The notes beneath the pieces were generated by a model. It had not been told where the DNA came from. It did not search any database and saw nothing but the letters and a program-made list of their open reading frames with translations. Shown piece after piece: positions 49,100-62,179 of a DNA stretch of 64,000 nucleotides (position 1 is the first letter of the stretch; each line of letters begins with the position of its first letter). The DNA is taken from the NCBI RefSeq assembly GCF_009914755.1, contig NC_060929.1, one strand, 5' to 3'. Position numbers and translations under genes: made by a program. The DNA is from the human T2T-CHM13v2.0 reference genome, Homo sapiens.

Positions 49100-52000
49100 T
49101 ATGTGCCACATTTTCTTTATCCAGTCTGTCATTGATAGGCATTTGGGTGGGTTCCAAGTCTTTGCTATTGTGAATGGTGCTGCAATAAACATATGTGTGC
49201 ATGTGTCTTTATAGTAGAATGATTTATTGTTGGGGAAACCAGCCCCACACCACCCAGCGGGTACCCTGAGTCCAGCCGAGATAAAGGAGTTAGAAAGAGA
49301 CAGAATAAGAGTTTAAAAGGCAGGTCCAGGGGACTGGAGTGTCGGAGTCTTTCTCATGGCCCAGAGCTCTTTGGCTCTGCCTAATTTATTGGTTTACAAT
49401 CTCTTTGTTCTTAGGGCAGATGGGAGGGGTAGGAAGGGATGAGGAAAAGGATTAATCAGTGAAGGAGAATTTGTGAGTCATTCAATAAGATGTATAGCAG
49501 TGGCAGTTTTTGTGAATTTCCTTGAGCAAAGGCATGTGTCTAAACTACTTAAGATCTTTAGCTTATTGGGACTGAAATGGGTGGGAGTGGGTTTCAGGAA
49601 GAGCCAAGATGTTTGATTATACTCCACTGCTTCAAGGGAGTGTTATCTCCTTGAGCAACCTGTGGAATGCCGCTGAGCTGTTATGCTCTCGGGGCATAAA
49701 GGCATGAAGGCAATAAGGAGACTTTTCTCCTCAAAGGCTGCCCATGGCTCCCCACGGATGTCTCACATAGGGGAGACCAACTCATCTGGCACTCCAGAAT
49801 TCTCTTTCCTACATTTATAATCCTTTGGGTATATAGCCAGTAATGGGATTGCTGGGTCAAATGGTATTTCTAATCCTAGATCCTTGAGGAATGGCCACAC
49901 TGTCTTCCACCATGGTTGAACTAATTTACATTCCCACCAACAGTGTAAAAGTGTTCCTATTTCTCCACATCCTCTCCAGCATCTGTTGTTTCCTGACTGT
50001 TTAATGATTGCCATTCTAACTGGTGTGAGATGGTATCTCACTGTGGTTTTTATTTGCATTTCTCTAATGACCAATGATGATGAGCTCTTTTACATGTTTG
50101 TTGGCTGAATAAATGTCTTCTTTTGAAAAGTGTCTGTTCATATCCTTTGCCCACTTTTTGATGGGGTTCTTTATTTATTTTCTTGTAAATTTGTTTAAGT
50201 TCCTTGTAGATTCTGGATATTAGCCCTTTGTCCGATAGATAGATTGCAAAAATTTTCTCCCATCCTGTAGGTTGCCTGTTCACACTGATGATAGTTTCTT
50301 TTGCTGTGCAGAAGCTCTTCATTTTAATTAGATCCGATGAGTCAATTTTGGCTTTTGTTGTCATTGCTTTTGGTGTTTTAGTCATGAAGTCTTTGCTCAT
50401 GCCTACATCCTGAATGGTATTGCCTAGGTGTTCTTCTAGGGTTTTTATGGTTTTAGGTCTTATGTTTAAATCTTTAATCCATCTTGAGTTAATTTTTGTA
50501 TAAGGTGTGAGGAAGGGGTCCAGTTTCAGTTTTCTGCATATGGCTAGCCAGTTTTCCCAACACCATTTATTAAATAGGGAATCCTTTCCCCATTGTTTGT
50601 TTTTGTCAGGTTTGTCAAAGATCAGATGGTTATAGATGTGTGGTGTTATTTCCGAGGTCTCTGTTCGGTTCCATTGGTCTATATATCTGTTTTGGTACCA
50701 GTACCATGCTGTTCTGGTTACTGTAGGCTTGTGGTACAGTTTGAAGTCATAGGCATGATGCTTCCAGCTTTGCTCTTTTTGCTTAGGATTGTCTTGGCTA
50801 TATGGGTTCATTTTTGGTTCCATATTAATTTAAAGTAGTTTTTTTCTAATTCTGTGAAGAAATTAGATGGTAGCTTGATGGGCATAGCATTGAATCTATA
50901 AATTATTTTGGGCAGTATGGCCATTTTCATGATATTGATTCTTTCTATCCACAAGCTTGTTTGTTTGTGTCCTCTCTTATTTCCATGAGCAGTGGATTGT
51001 AGTTCTCCTTGAAGTAGTCCTTCAAATACCTTGTAAGTTGTATTCCTAGGTATTTTATTCTCTTTGTGGCAATTGTGAATGGGAATTTGCTCAAGATTTG
51101 GCTCTCTGTTTGTCTATTATTGGTGTATAAGAATGGCTGTGATTTTTTGCACATTCATTTTGTATCCTGAGACTGCTGAAGTTGCTTATCAGCTTAAGGA
51201 GTTTTGGGGATGAGACGATGGGTTTTCTAAATATACAATCATATCATCTGCAAACAAAGATAATTTCACTTCCTCTATTCCTATTTGAATACTGTATATT
51301 TCTTTCTCTTGCCTGACTGCCCTGTCCAGAACTTCCAACACTATGTTAAATAGGAGTGGTGAGAGAGGGAATCCTTGTCTTGTGCCAATTTTCACAAAAA
51401 AATGCTTCCAGCTTTTGCCCATTCAATATGATATTGGCTGGGGTTTTGTCATAAATAGCTCTTATTATTTTCAGATATGTTCCATCAATACCTAGTTTAT
51501 TGAGTGTTTTTAGCAAGAAAGGGTGTTGAATTTGATTGAAGGCCTTTTCTGCATCTATTGAAATAATCAGGTGGATTTTGTCATTGGTTCTGTTTACGTG
51601 ATGGATTACATTTATGGATTGTGTATGTTGAACCAGCCTTGCATCCCAGGGATGAAGCCAACTTGATCATTGTGGATAAGCTTTTTATGATGCTGCTGGA
51701 TTCAGTTTGCCAGTATTTTACTGAGGATTTTCACATCAATGTTCATCAGGGATATTGGCCTGAAATTTTCTTTTTTTGTTATGTCTCTGACAGGTTGTGG
51801 TATCAGGATGATGCTGGCCTCATAAAATGAGTTAGGGAGGAGTCCCTCTTTTTCTACTGTTTGGATAGTTTCAGAAGGAATTATACCAGCTCCTCTTTGT
51901 ACCTCTGGTAGAATTCTCCTGTGAATCCATCTGGTCCTGGGCTTTTTTTCTTTTTTCTTTGGTTGGTGGGCTATTACTTACTTCCTCAATTTCAGAACTT

Positions 52001-53184
52001 GTTATTGATCTATTCAGGGATTTGACTTCTTCCTGGTTTAGTCTTGTGGGGATGTATGTGTCCAGGAATTTATCCATTTCTTTTAGATTTTCTAGTTTAT
52101 TTATGTAGAGGGGTTGATAGTATTCTCTGATGGTCGTTTGTATTTCTGTGAGATCAGTGGTGATATCCCCTTTATCATTTTTTAATGTGTCTATTTGATT
52201 CTCTCTTTTCTTCTTTATTAGTCTGGCTAGTGGTCTATTTTGTTAACCTTTTCAAAAAAACAGCTTCTGGGTTCATTGATTTTTTGAAGGGGTTTTCTTG
52301 TCTCTATCTCCTTCAGTTCTGCTCTGATCTCAATTTTCTTGTGTCTTCTGCAAGCTTTTGAATTTGTTTGCTCTTGCTTCTCTAGTTCTTTTAATTGTGA
52401 TATTAGGGTGTTGATATTAGTTCTTTTCTGCTTTCTCCTGTGGGCATTTAATGTTATGAATTTCCCCCTAAATACAGCTTTAGCTGTGTCCCAGAGATTC
52501 TGGTACATTCTAGTCTTTGTTCTCATTGGTTTCAAAGAACTTATTTATTTCTGCCTTAATTTCCTTATTTACCCAGTAGTCATTCAGGAGCAGGTTGTTC
52601 AGTTTCCATGTAGTTGTGGGGTTTTGAGTAAATTTCTTAATCTTAAATTCTAATCTCATTGCCGTGTGGTCTGAGAGACTGTTTGTTACAATTTCTGTTG
52701 TTTTGCATTTGCTGAGGAGTGTTTTACTTCCAATTATGTGGTCAATTGTAGAATAAGTGCTATCGGTGCTGAGAAGAATGTATATTCTGTTTATTTGGGG
52801 TGGAGAGTTCTGTAGATGTCTCTAAGTTCTGCTTGGTCCAGAGCTGAGTTCAAGTCCTGAATATCCTTCTTAATTTTCTGTCTTGTTGATCTGTCTAATA
52901 TTGACAGTGGGGTGTTAAAGTCTCCCACTATTATTATGTGGGAGTCTAAGTTTCTTTGGAGGTCTCTAAGAACTTGCTTTATGAATCTGGATTCTCCTGT
53001 GTTGGATGCATATATATTCAGGATAATTAGCTCTTCTTTTTGCCTTGATCCCTTTACTACTATGTAATGCCCTTCATTGTCTTTTATGATCTTTGTTGGT
53101 TTAAAGTCTGTTCCTTTTAATTGGGGCATTTAGTCCATTTACATTTAAGGTTAACATTGTTATGTGTTAATTTGATCCTGTCAT
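49100..53184 (-). pseudogene. L1 ORF2 (endonuclease/reverse transcriptase), disrupted
   Basis: ATG at 53184; peptides [47 protein letters not shown]; many frameshifts and stops; 3' limit approximate. Confidence 0.92.
49228..49813 (-). mobile_element. HERV-K-class solo LTR (LTR14C-like) inserted in L1PA7
   Basis: 586 bp, TGT..ACA termini, perfect TTTAT TSD (49223-49227 / 49814-49818); removing it restores L1 GAATGATTTATAATCC. Confidence 0.88.
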
Positions 53185-53247
53185 TATGATGCTAGCTGGT
53201 TATTTTGCTCATTAGTTGATGCAGTTTCTTCTTAGTGTCAATGGTCT

Positions 53248-54266
53248 TTACATTATGATTTGTTTTTGCAGTGGCTGGTACTGGTTTTTCCTTTCTGTAT
53301 TTAGTGCTTCCTCCAGGAACTCTTGTAAATCAGGCCTTGTGGTGACAAAATCCCTTAGCATGTGCTTATCTGTAAAGTATTATATTTCTCCTTCACTTAT
53401 GAAGCTTAATTTGGGTGGATATGAAATTCTGGGTTGAAAATTCTTTTCTTTAAGAATGTTGAACATTGGCCCCCACTCTATTCTGGCTTGTAGGGTTTCT
53501 GCAGAGAGGTCTGCTGTTAGTCTGATGGGCTTCCCTTTGTGGGAAACCTGTACTTTCTCTCTGGCTGCCCTTAACATTTTTTCCTTCATTTCAACCTTGG
53601 TGAATCTGACAATTATGTGTCTTGGGATTGCTCTTCTCAAGGAATATCTTTGTGGCGTTCTCTGTATTTCCTGAATTTGAATGTTGGTCTGTCTTGCTAG
53701 GTTGGGGAAGTTCTCCTGGATAATATCCTGAAGCGTGTTTTCAAACTTGGTTCCATTCTCCCCGTCATTTTCAGGTACACCAATCAAACCTAGGTTTGGT
53801 CTTTTTACATAGTCCCATATTTCTTGGAGGCTTTCCTTTTCATTCTTTTTTCTCTAATCTTGTTTTCATGCTTTATTTCATTAAGCTGATCTTCAATCTC
53901 TGATATCCTTTCTTCCGCTTGATCAATTTGGCTATTGATACTTGTATATGCTTCACAAAGTTCTCCTGCTGTGTTTTTCAGCTCCATCAGGTCGTTTATA
54001 TTCTTCCCTAAACTGGTTATTCTAGTTAGCAATTCCTCTAACCTTTTTTCAAGGTTCTTAGCTTCCTTGCATTGGGTTAGAGCATGCTCCTTTAGCTTGG
54101 AGGAGTTTGTTATTTTCCACCTTCTGAAGCCTACTTGTGTCAATTTGTCAAACTTATTCTCTGTCCAGTTTCATTCTCTTGCTGGCAAGGAGTTGTGATC
54201 CTTTGGAGGAGAAGAAGTATTCCTGTTTTTGGAATTTTCAGCATTTTTGTGCTGGTTTTTCCTCAT
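53248..54266 (-). pseudogene. L1 ORF1 (RNA-binding protein), disrupted
   Basis: Peptides IDQAEERISEIED, LQDIIQENFPNLARQ, NFQPRISYPPKLSF in different frames. Confidence 0.92.
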
Positions 54267-55636
54267 CTTCATGGATTTCTCTACCTTTGGTCTTTGCTGT
54301 TGGTGACTTTCAGATGGAGTTTTTGGGTGGTTGTCCTTTTTATTCATGTTGATGCTATTGCTTTCTGTTTGTTAGTTTTCCTTCTAACAGGCCCCTCCTC
54401 TGCAGGTCTGCTGGAGTTTGCGGGGGTCCACTCCAAATCCTGTTTGCCTGGGTATCACCAGTGGAGGCTGCAGAACAACAATAATTGCTGCCTGCTCCTT
54501 CCTCTGGAAGTTTCATCCTAGAGGGGTGTCTGCCAGATGCCAGCCAGAGCTCTCTTTTATGAGGTGTCTGTCGACCCCTGCTGGGAGCTGTCTCCCTGTC
54601 AGGTGGCATGGGGGTCAGGGACCCACTTAAGGAGGCAGTCTGTCCCTTTGCAGAGCTCGAGCGCTGTGCTGGGAGATCCACTGCTCGCTTCAGAGCCAGC
54701 AAGTAGGAACGTTTAAGTCTGCTGAAGCTGTGCCCAGCCGCCCCTTCCCCCAGGTGTTCTGTCCCAGGGAGATGGGAGTTTTATCTATAAGCCCCTGACT
54801 GGGACTGCTGCCTTTCTTTCAGAGATGCCCTGCCCAGAGAGAAGGAATTCAGTGAGGCAGTCTGGCTACAGTGGCTTTGACAAGTTGCAATGAGCTCTGC
54901 CCAGTTCGAACTTCCTGGTGGCTTCATTTATACTGTAAGGGGAAAACTGCCCACTCAAGCCTCAGTAATGGCAGACACCCCTCCCCCGACCAAGCTCTAG
55001 CATCCTAGGTCAACTTCAGACTGCTGTGCTGGCAGCGAGAATTTCAAGCCAGTGGATCTTAGCTTGCTGGGCTCTGTGGGGATGGGATTAGCTGAGCTAG
55101 TCCACTTGGCTCCCTGGCTTCAGTCCCCTTTCCAGGGAGTGAATGGTTCTGTCTTGCTTGCGTTCCAGGCGCCACTGGGGTATGGAAAAACAACAGCAAC
55201 AACAACAAATGGAAAAAAAACAAAAACAAAAAACAAAAAAACTTCTGTAGCTAGCTCATCTGCCCAAACAGCAGCTCAGTTTTGTGCTTGAAACCCAGGG
55301 CCCTTGTGATGTAGGCACCCGAGTGAATCTTCTGGTCTGTGAATAGCAAAGACCATGAAAAAGCATAGTATCTGGGCCAGATAGCACCGTCCCTCATGGC
55401 ATGGTCCCTCACAGCTTCCCTTAGGAGGGAGTTCCCTGACCCCTTGGGCTTCCCAGGTGAGGCAATGCCCCGCCCCCTGCTTCTGGTTGCCCTCCATGGG
55501 CTACACCCACTGTCCAGTCCCAGTGAGATGAACCGGGTACCTCAGTTAGAAATGCAGAAATCACCTGCCTTCTGTGTTGGTCTCACTGGGAGCTGCAGAC
55601 CGGAGCTGTTGTTATTCAGCCATCTTGCCTGGGAAT
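54267..55636 (-). promoter_or_regulatory. L1 5'UTR (internal sense promoter / antisense promoter homolog), CpG-decayed
   Basis: GC-rich UTR; YY1-type CAAGATGGC near the 5' end; activity unknown. Confidence 0.6.
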
Positions 55637-55653
55637 CCACTCTTTGTCTTTTA

Positions 55654-56806
55654 ATTACATTAAATGCTATTATTGATTAAAAAAAGGACTTATTATTACC
55701 ATTTTGTTCTTGTTTTCTGATGATTTATAACCTTTTCTTCCTTTCTTACTGCCTTTCTTTGTTGTTAAAGTGATTTTCCCTAGTAGCATGTTTCAATTCA
55801 TTGCTTATTATTTTTAGTGAATTTTGCATTGTAGTTACCTTGAGGCTTACACAAAACTTCTTATAGATATAACTAATTATTTTAAAGAGATAACAACTTA
55901 GGTCACAAAAAAAAATAGGACAAAATAAACAAAACAAAAAACCCTCAACATTATAATTTCATTTTCTCCAAATTTTGACTTTTTATTATCTTGATTTACA
56001 TATGTTTATATTACCTATCTTTGAACAGATTGCTATTACTGACAGATTCGTCAATAGATTTGTCTTTTTGGCTTCATACTAGAATTATGAGTGGATTTCA
56101 CACCAACATTATAGAAATAGTGTATTCTGGACTTTCCTATGAACTTAATTTTACTAGTGGATTTTGTACATTCAAGTGATTTCTTTTTTCACATTAATAT
56201 GCTGCCCTTCCTGAATGGGTGAGATCCCAAATGGGATATCGTGGCAGTATAGGAAGGCTGGCTAGTGTGCCCAGGGAACTTGTGGAGCAAACTTTCTACA
56301 GCATGGTACTGCTGAAAAACAATTCTAACATGGTGGTTTCCTTTGGCTGAGTTACAGAGTGGAGTTCCCAGCACTGGAGATGAAAGTCCCACCTCCCTCC
56401 TTTGTGTCTGCCTATCCTCAGTAACATTTCTCTCTTTATGCAAGTGTGATGTTCCCATGGGTTAAGGCAGCGACAGATCTAATGCCAGGGTACCAAGATG
56501 GTGAGGAAGCTGATTTCCCACATTAATCTCACATTTTCCAGTGGAGAAACTGAGTTGGGGGAAAATTTTTCACATACTTGGTGCTAGGCAGAATAGGGGG
56601 AAGGGTGTCACAATTGTGAAAATTCAATTTTCTTACCATCTGCTGAAAGTTTTTTCACTTCTCTATGTCCCCTGCAACTGTCTCATTTTCATGTTTGAGT
56701 TCTGGTATGTTGCTCATGATAATCACAGCCCTCTCTATATTGTTTTTACTTTTCTGCGGCGGTAAATGAAGCCTGCTTCTATACCATCATTTTGAAACCA
56801 GAAGTC
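55654..56806 (-). mobile_element. Continuation of the older L1MA/L1M2 element (inter-ORF region and 5' end; ORF1 largely absent)
   Basis: Resumes directly after the TSD; ends CCATCATTTTGAAACCAGAAGT, resembling L1M 5' termini. Confidence 0.65.
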
Positions 56807-57029
56807 AGCTATAACTTTTATAATAGACATTAACTCTTTCTGAATTTTGCCTGCAAGAGAAACCTTATCTTTATTACATTTTACAGTAAATATACTGGCC
56901 TACAGACAAAGACATGATTTCAAACTTTTAATGTTTTTTATTATGCAAACATCCCCGAAAAGATTGCACAGGTCAAAGTTGGTCAGTGTTTCTACTTGCA
57001 AATTTTGAACGAAGTGAGACTCATGGAGA

Positions 57030-57420
57030 AATGTCTATCAACAGAGCAAAATCTCTACACTGAAAATTGGTAAACTTTTTAAAGAAAAATTTAAAAGATC
57101 TAAGTATATATAGAGATACATCATATTCATAAATTGGCAGACTCAATATTTTTAAGATTGACTAATGCTTAGCAAGACTAAAAGAAAGAAGTGAGAAACC
57201 ACAAATTCTCAGCACCATGAATAAAAAGTGGGCATAAGTTAAATAACATTAAAAGGATAGAAAGAGGATATAATGAGCAATTTAATGCCAATAGACTTGA
57301 CAACTTAGATGAAATTGACAAATTCCTTGAAAATCACAACTTGTTAAAACTGACAAAATAAATAGAACATTTTAAATAATATAATATCTATTAAAAATAT
57401 TAAAGTCATAGCAAAAATCC
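57030..57420 (+). mobile_element. Old L1M ORF2 fragments
   Basis: AGACTCAATATT; GACAACTTAGATGAAATTGACAAATTCCTTGAAA. Confidence 0.7.
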
Positions 57421-57544
57421 TGCTTCCTAGGTTGATATATAGAACCAATTGAACCCTCCAATAACCTCTGTCAGACTATTTTTAAGAACAAAATATGTAA
57501 GACAATTCTCAAATGTATATAAATATGTAAGGGATGTAGAATAG

Positions 57545-58880
57545 TATATTAGTTTCCTCTCCCTATTATAACAAATTACTACAAATGCAGTGCTTGTAAC
57601 ACAAATAATCTTACACTTTAGAGGCCAGAAATGCAAAATGGGACTCATAAGGCTAAAATCAAGAGGACAGGAGAGCTTTGTTTGTTTGTTTTAATAATTT
57701 CATTTTTTCCAAGAAGAGAATCTGCTGTCCTTTGTCAGATTTGAGAAGCTGTCTGAAATCTGTGGCTCATGGTTACATGACTGCAAACTCAGCTTTCATC
57801 ACATTTTCTTGGACTCTTTTGCCTCCCTCATGTAAGAACCCTTGTGATTGCATTGGACCTGCCCAGTAAGTAGTAGATCATTGAGAATAATCTCTCCATC
57901 CTAAGTCCCTTAACTTAGTCATATTTGGAATTTTCCTTTTGCCATGAAAGGTAGCATATTCGTAGGTTCTGGAGACTAGAATATGGACATCTTTAAGAGG
58001 TCATTATTCTGCTTACAAATAGTCAATTCTTTATCCCCCCAAATTTATTTCTATCCCACATGCAAAATGCATTTACTTCATCCAAAATTTCCCCAAAGAC
58101 TCAACCTATTATTCTATAAACTCAAAGTCCAAAAGTCTTCTAAATCTTATCAGCTCAATAGTACCAACTCTTTATTTAAATGACCTAGTTATAGGAGAAG
58201 CTGTGAGTATAATCCACCATAAGACACAACTTCTCTCCATCTGTAAAACCGTGAAACTTAAGAAAAAATTATCTAATTCCAAAATACAATGTTGGTACAG
58301 GTATATGATAAGAGTAATAAACAATTCTACTCAAAAATAATAATATAGAAAGAAGAAAGAAATTGCTGTTCTCAAGCAACTTTGAAATCTGGCTGGTCTC
58401 AAACAACTTCAAAATCCAGACAAACTCTGTTAGCTTTTCAGGACTATGAACTATACTCTCATTCTGAGGTTCTGCCTTCTATGCTCATGACTCTGTGCTC
58501 TGCTTCATCTTCAATGTTTCATCCTTTTGTTTTATAAAGCATAGCACATATTTGCAGCTATGTACTTCTATTGCTTCCTGTAAAATTCTGGGGGTCTGAA
58601 AGCTTTCTTCTATTTTGACTTCTCTATCCCGTTCAGTCTAAGCTGGCAGAGCTTGTGGTAGTATAACATTGTATGAATCTTGTGTGGCTCTGATGTATTT
58701 CACGTGGATTAAATTTATTAGACAAGAGGCTCCTCTACATATCATTCTTAGATAATCTTTTATCTATATTTGGCTTCCACAAAGATGGACAAGGGCATCT
58801 ATAAGTCACACACTCAATATCTTAAAATAACATTTTGTGTGACTAAATATTCTGGCCTTTGATCTTTCGGAAGTAATGAA
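57545..58880 (-). mobile_element. MLT1 LTR (~57545-58020) plus adjacent MLT1 internal sequence
   Basis: TATTAGTTTCCT..ATAACAAATTAC..GGCTAAAATCAAG..ATGGACATCTTT; internal-like CTCAAAGTCCAAAAGTC, TTCCAAAATACAATG. Confidence 0.75.
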
Positions 58881-58889
58881 ACTCCATTG

Positions 58890-61225
58890 ACTCCAAATAA
58901 ACCAACCATGAAAAAAAAAGAAAAAAGACAGTGCAAGGTCTCTAAAAATTAAACTGCCATTGGAACTACTGCCCACAAAGTTTACTAAAACTCATGTGCT
59001 AAACCTAAACAGGGTTACTGCTTGCTTAAATAAAGATCTAAGTAGGACCTAGAATCTCCTAAGATAGTAGACAAAATGTCCAAGATACAATATAAAATTT
59101 ACCTTCAAACTAAGATGCAAGAAAACCACAACTTCAGCAAGAAAAGACAATCAGTAGAGACCAAGAGAAAGATGGATTAGATATTAGAATTACTGGCACA
59201 GATGTTAAAGTGGTTATCAAAAAATGCTTCAAATGTAATTATAAATTTCCTGGAAACAAATGAAACACTAGAAAATCTCAGTAAAGACAGAAGTTATATA
59301 AAAAAGAAACAGAAATTACAGAACTGAAAGATACAATAACAGCAACACAAAACTTGCTGCGTAGCACATCTACAACTATCTTATCTTCACCAAAAACAAG
59401 CAATAGGAAAAGTGCTCCCTATTCAATAAATGATGCTGGAATATAACTGCCTAGCTATATGCAAAAGGTTCAAACTGGACCCCTTCCTTATGCCATTTAT
59501 AAAAATCAACTCAAGGTGGATTAAAGACTTAAATGTAAAACCTGAAACTATATAAACTCTGGAAGAAAACCTAGCAAATGCCAGTCTGCACAGAGACCCT
59601 GGCAAAGATTTAGTGATAAAGACACCAAAAACAATTGCAACAAAAGCAAAAATTGACAAATAGGATCGGAATAAACTGAAGAGCTTCTGCACAGCAAAAG
59701 AAGCTATCAACAGAGTAAACAGACAACCAATAGAATGGGAGAAAATATGTGCAAACTATGCATCAGATAAAGGTCTAATATCCAGAGTCTATAAGGAACT
59801 TAAACAAATTCACAAACAAGTGACAAACAACCCTATTAAAAAGTGGGCAAAGGACATGAACAGACGCTTCTCAAAAAAAAAAAAAAAAAAAGACATAAAC
59901 ATGGCCATGAGCTTATGAAAAAATGCTCGATATCACTAATCATTAGAGAAATGCAAATCAAAAGCAAAATAAGATACCATTTTACACCAGTTAGAATGGC
60001 TATTATTAAAAAGTAAAAAAATTACAGATGCTCTCTATGCTGCAAAGAGAACACTTATACACTGCTGCTGGAAATGTAAATTAGTTCAGCCACTGTGGAA
60101 AGCAGTGTGGTAATATCTCAAGGAACTTAAAACAGAATTACCATTTGACCCAGCAATCCCATTATTGAATTTATCAACAAGGAATATAAATTATTCTACT
60201 GTAAAGACACATTCATGCATATGTTCATTGTAGCACTATTCACAATAGAAAATACATGGAATCAACCTAAATGCCCATCAATGACAGACTGGATAAAGAA
60301 AATGTAGTACATATACACTATAAAATACTACACAGCAATAAAAAGGAATGCGATCACATCCTTTCAGCAACATGGATGGATCTGGAGACCACTATGTTAA
60401 ACACACTAGTGCAGAAACAGAAAACCAAATACCACATGTTCTTACTTGTAAGTGGGAGCTAAACATTGAGTATGCATATATACATGCGTACTTGAGGGTG
60501 GAGGGTAGGAGGAGAGAGAGGATAATAAACTACCCATGAAGTCTTATGCTCATTGCCAGAATGGTGAAGTAATCTGTGCACCAAACTCCTGTAACTTATA
60601 ATTTACAAATATAACAAACCTGCGTATATATCCCTGATCCTAACATAAAAGTTAAAAAAATAATAATAAAGGAATAGAAGCTGCTGGATAGACAACCATA
60701 GCATGAATTCATAGAGGATAGAATGAGTGACTGTAAGAATAGATCAACAGAATCTTTGCAATATAAACAACACAGAGAATAAAAGTGCACTGAATTTAAA
60801 ATAAATATGCCCTTAAAGACCCATGGGATAATAACAAAAGACTTGACATTCAAATCTATTTAGTTCCAGAAGGAAAGGAGAAAGCGAGCAAGAATAAAAG
60901 AATATCAGAAGTAATCATGGCTGAAATTTTCCAAACTGTGGTGAAAGATTCAAGAACATGAAACAAACCCAATGAGGTAAACTCAAAGAAATCTATGTCA
61001 AGACAACTCATAATTTAACTGTTCCAACTAAAGACAAGAAAATCTTTAAATCATCCAGAGAAAAACAAATTATTAAAACTATGGAACAGCATTTTGAATG
61101 ACAATGAATTTCTTTCAAAAACTATGGAGGCCAGAAGAAGTGGCACAGTATTTTTCAAACAGTGAAAGAGAAGAATTGTCAATAGCAAATTTTATATCCA
61201 ACAAAACTACACTTTAAAATGAAGG
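58890..61225 (+). mobile_element. Old L1M ORF1-region fragment, split by L1PA16-like insertion
   Basis: ACAAATGAAACACTAGAAAATCTCAG (59277) continues at ~60700 with ATGGCTGAAATTTTCCAAA and ATGGAGGCCAGAAG. Confidence 0.72.
59365..60672 (+). mobile_element. 5'-truncated L1PA16/L1PB-like 3' end
   Basis: AAACTGGACCCCTTCCTTA, AGCTTCTGCACAGCAAAAG, TTGAGGGTGGAGGGTAGGAGG, A-rich tail. Confidence 0.9.
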
Positions 61226-61774
61226 TAAGATATTTTATTTCATACATCATTAGGGATATACAAATTAAAACAAAAATGTGATATTACTGTACACCTATCA
61301 AGATTGGCCAAATTTCAGAATACTTATGACACCAAATGCTGGTGAGAATGTGAAACAACAGGAACTCTCATTGCCGTTGGAAAGCAAAATGTTACAGCTA
61401 CTTTGAAACAGAACTCCTATAAGATAGATTGGGTCCACAGTGTATGACTGATTATGATGTGAGTGGTGGGTATCCTGTGAAATTTGGCAATGTGATGATC
61501 TCGAGGTTAGGTAAACAGAACCAATAGGTAAACAGAACCAATGGGACATATATGAATATGTGAAAGGAGATTTTTTTTGAAAATGTCTCACACAATTATG
61601 ACAGTCATGAAGTTCCACAATATGTCATCTACTAGAGAACAAAGAAAGTCGATGTATAATTATTTAAAGTCCTAAAGCCTGAGAAGCAGAAGAGCCAATG
61701 ATGTAACTCCCAGTCCACAACCAAAACCTCTTATTTCTGAGAGCCAGAGAACATACTTGTCCCAGCTCAAGAAG

Positions 61775-62029
<255 letters not shown>

Positions 62030-62110
62030 GAAAGAAAAGAAAGGAAAGAAAGGAATGAAGAAAGGAAGGAAGGAAGGAAGGAAGAAAGGGAGGAAGGAAA
62101 GGAAAGAGAG

Positions 62111-62177
<67 letters not shown>
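62030..62177. repeat. Polypurine compound STR (GGAA)n(GAAA)n
   Basis: ~16 perfect GAAA units at 62111-62176. Confidence 0.97.

Positions 62178-62179
<2 letters not shown>

Larger units (their letters stand above)
48732..55636 (-). mobile_element. Full-length L1PA7-like LINE-1, inactive
   Basis: 5'UTR begins TTCCCAGGCAAGATGGCTGAATA..CAGCTCCGGTCTGCAGCTCCCAG; ORF1, ORF2, 3'UTR and short tail present; TSD CCACTCTATGCCTTTTA (48715-48731) / CCACTCTTTGTCTTTTA (55637-55653). Confidence 0.96.

Noticed and set aside
50050-50823. 257-aa ORF, the longest in the window
   Set aside because: Fragment of L1 ORF2 with frameshifted ends; not an independent gene
61440-61505. C/D-box snoRNA (GTGATGA and CTGA present)
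   Set aside because: Boxes are in the wrong order and there is no terminal stem
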